Origin: Botryllus schlosseri
Lineage: Eukaryota
Length of the DNA: 64,000 nucleotides
Assembly (NCBI GenBank): GCA_051294905.1
Contig: CM119372.1
Coordinates: 21,638,001 to 21,702,000 of the forward strand
Reading direction: 5' to 3'
Positions 62,979-64,000 of this stretch are shown here, one piece after another. Position 1 is the first letter of the stretch. Every line of letters begins with the position of its first letter. Below the pieces are notes generated by a model that did not search any database, was not told the origin of the DNA, and worked only from the letters and a program-made list of their open reading frames with translations. The position numbers and the translations under genes are program-made.

Positions 62979-64000
62979 GTGGAAGCGATGTCTTTGTCTT
63001 ATAAAAGCCTAGAAGTGGGCTGTGCTCGGAGAAGTCGGCAGCTACGGAATAAAAATGATGAAAATTGGCCTGGTGTAAATGACCATAGTAGCCAACAAAC
63101 ATCATGAATACCACAAACAATAATAATAACAACAACTACTGTATGCCATTAGTGGTAATGGCTGAGGAGGCGGAATCTGGATACATTATAATGACATCGG
63201 TCAACCCGAAGACGTACCAAAATAAATGAACGACGAAAACCTGAAACTCTTGTGAGTCGTGTGGATTGCGTCTTCAACCTCCGTAAGAATTTGCAAATCC
63301 CTCCATGACACAGGATGATCTATTTATAATGGATGTTGCGAACCCCTGAAGGGTTCTGGTTCGTCCGAACGCGAACCTTTTTAAAGGGTTCTATGTGGAC
63401 GTGAACTCCAACACGGACCTATGACGTCACGTGAGGTTATATTTCCAATTCCAACATCACCTTAAATCAATATATGCAGTATATGTACAGAGTACACGAA
63501 ACCTAGCGACGACTCAAATGACATTATTCCACGACACTCATTGCTCGAGTACATGCTGACTTTTTAAGCATCACCAAATGTAAAATCTGTAACAATCAAA
63601 TGCTATAATTATTTCATGAGATCAATATCTTCCGTTGCATTGCCAACAATTTCGTTGAGGACTTACGCTTTAACGTTCTAGTCTAGACCGCAGGATATAT
63701 TGCTGAAGCCTCAGACTATTGCTACAGTGATATTGATCAGAGTGAAGACCCGATGTTAATATACTTGCTACGGATATACGTAAAAAAAACAAGCTTTACA
63801 GTATCTAATTCTGCAATCGGACGGAATTAGTTCCCATGATACAATAAACATATCTAATCTAGATAGATTCCGTAGGCCAGCTAGATTTTTTACATTCGGC
63901 GTCTATGCATTCTTTATATCAATTTCGTTGATGTCAATAATTGATTGGTTGAATAAGCACAATTCGATGACTACCTCATGCAGTGTTGGTGCTGTTTGTG

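Noticed and set aside
1-64000. CRISPR arrays, rRNA genes or prokaryotic systems
   Set aside because: The window is eukaryotic; the regular short repeats are MITE subterminal arrays without unique spacers.

Overview
AT-rich, intron-containing animal genomic DNA. The gene set, the T-rich AG acceptors just upstream of start codons and the repeat landscape suggest a marine invertebrate, plausibly an ascidian (inference only). Five protein-coding loci are supported: (1) the N-terminal/middle exons of a minus-strand CRAL-TRIO + spectrin-repeat protein of the puratrophin/PLEKHG4-ARHGEF40 RhoGEF type, running off the left edge (about 185-12375); (2) an intronless small heat-shock protein (23823-24314, +) whose promoter has a transposon inserted between its heat-shock element and TATA box; (3, 4) closely spaced, co-oriented, intronless endosulfine/ARPP19 (32152-32478, -) and dihydrolipoamide dehydrogenase (30109-31611, -) genes that look like a trans-spliced two-gene operon; (5) a collagen + fibrinogen-domain (ficolin-like) gene spread over 41809-55698 (-), with an atypical, apparently incomplete fibrinogen domain. 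The rest is dense with repeats: many hAT MITEs with 8-bp TSDs and family-specific short-repeat arrays, an EnSpm/CACTA-type element, a Tc1/mariner-type foldback, an I-clade LINE with RNase H inside a four-level nest, CR1/L2 fragments, SINE-like 3' ends and an unclassified triplicated unit. All alignments and translations were done by eye; no database searches were run. No rRNA, intact tRNA or CRISPR array was found.
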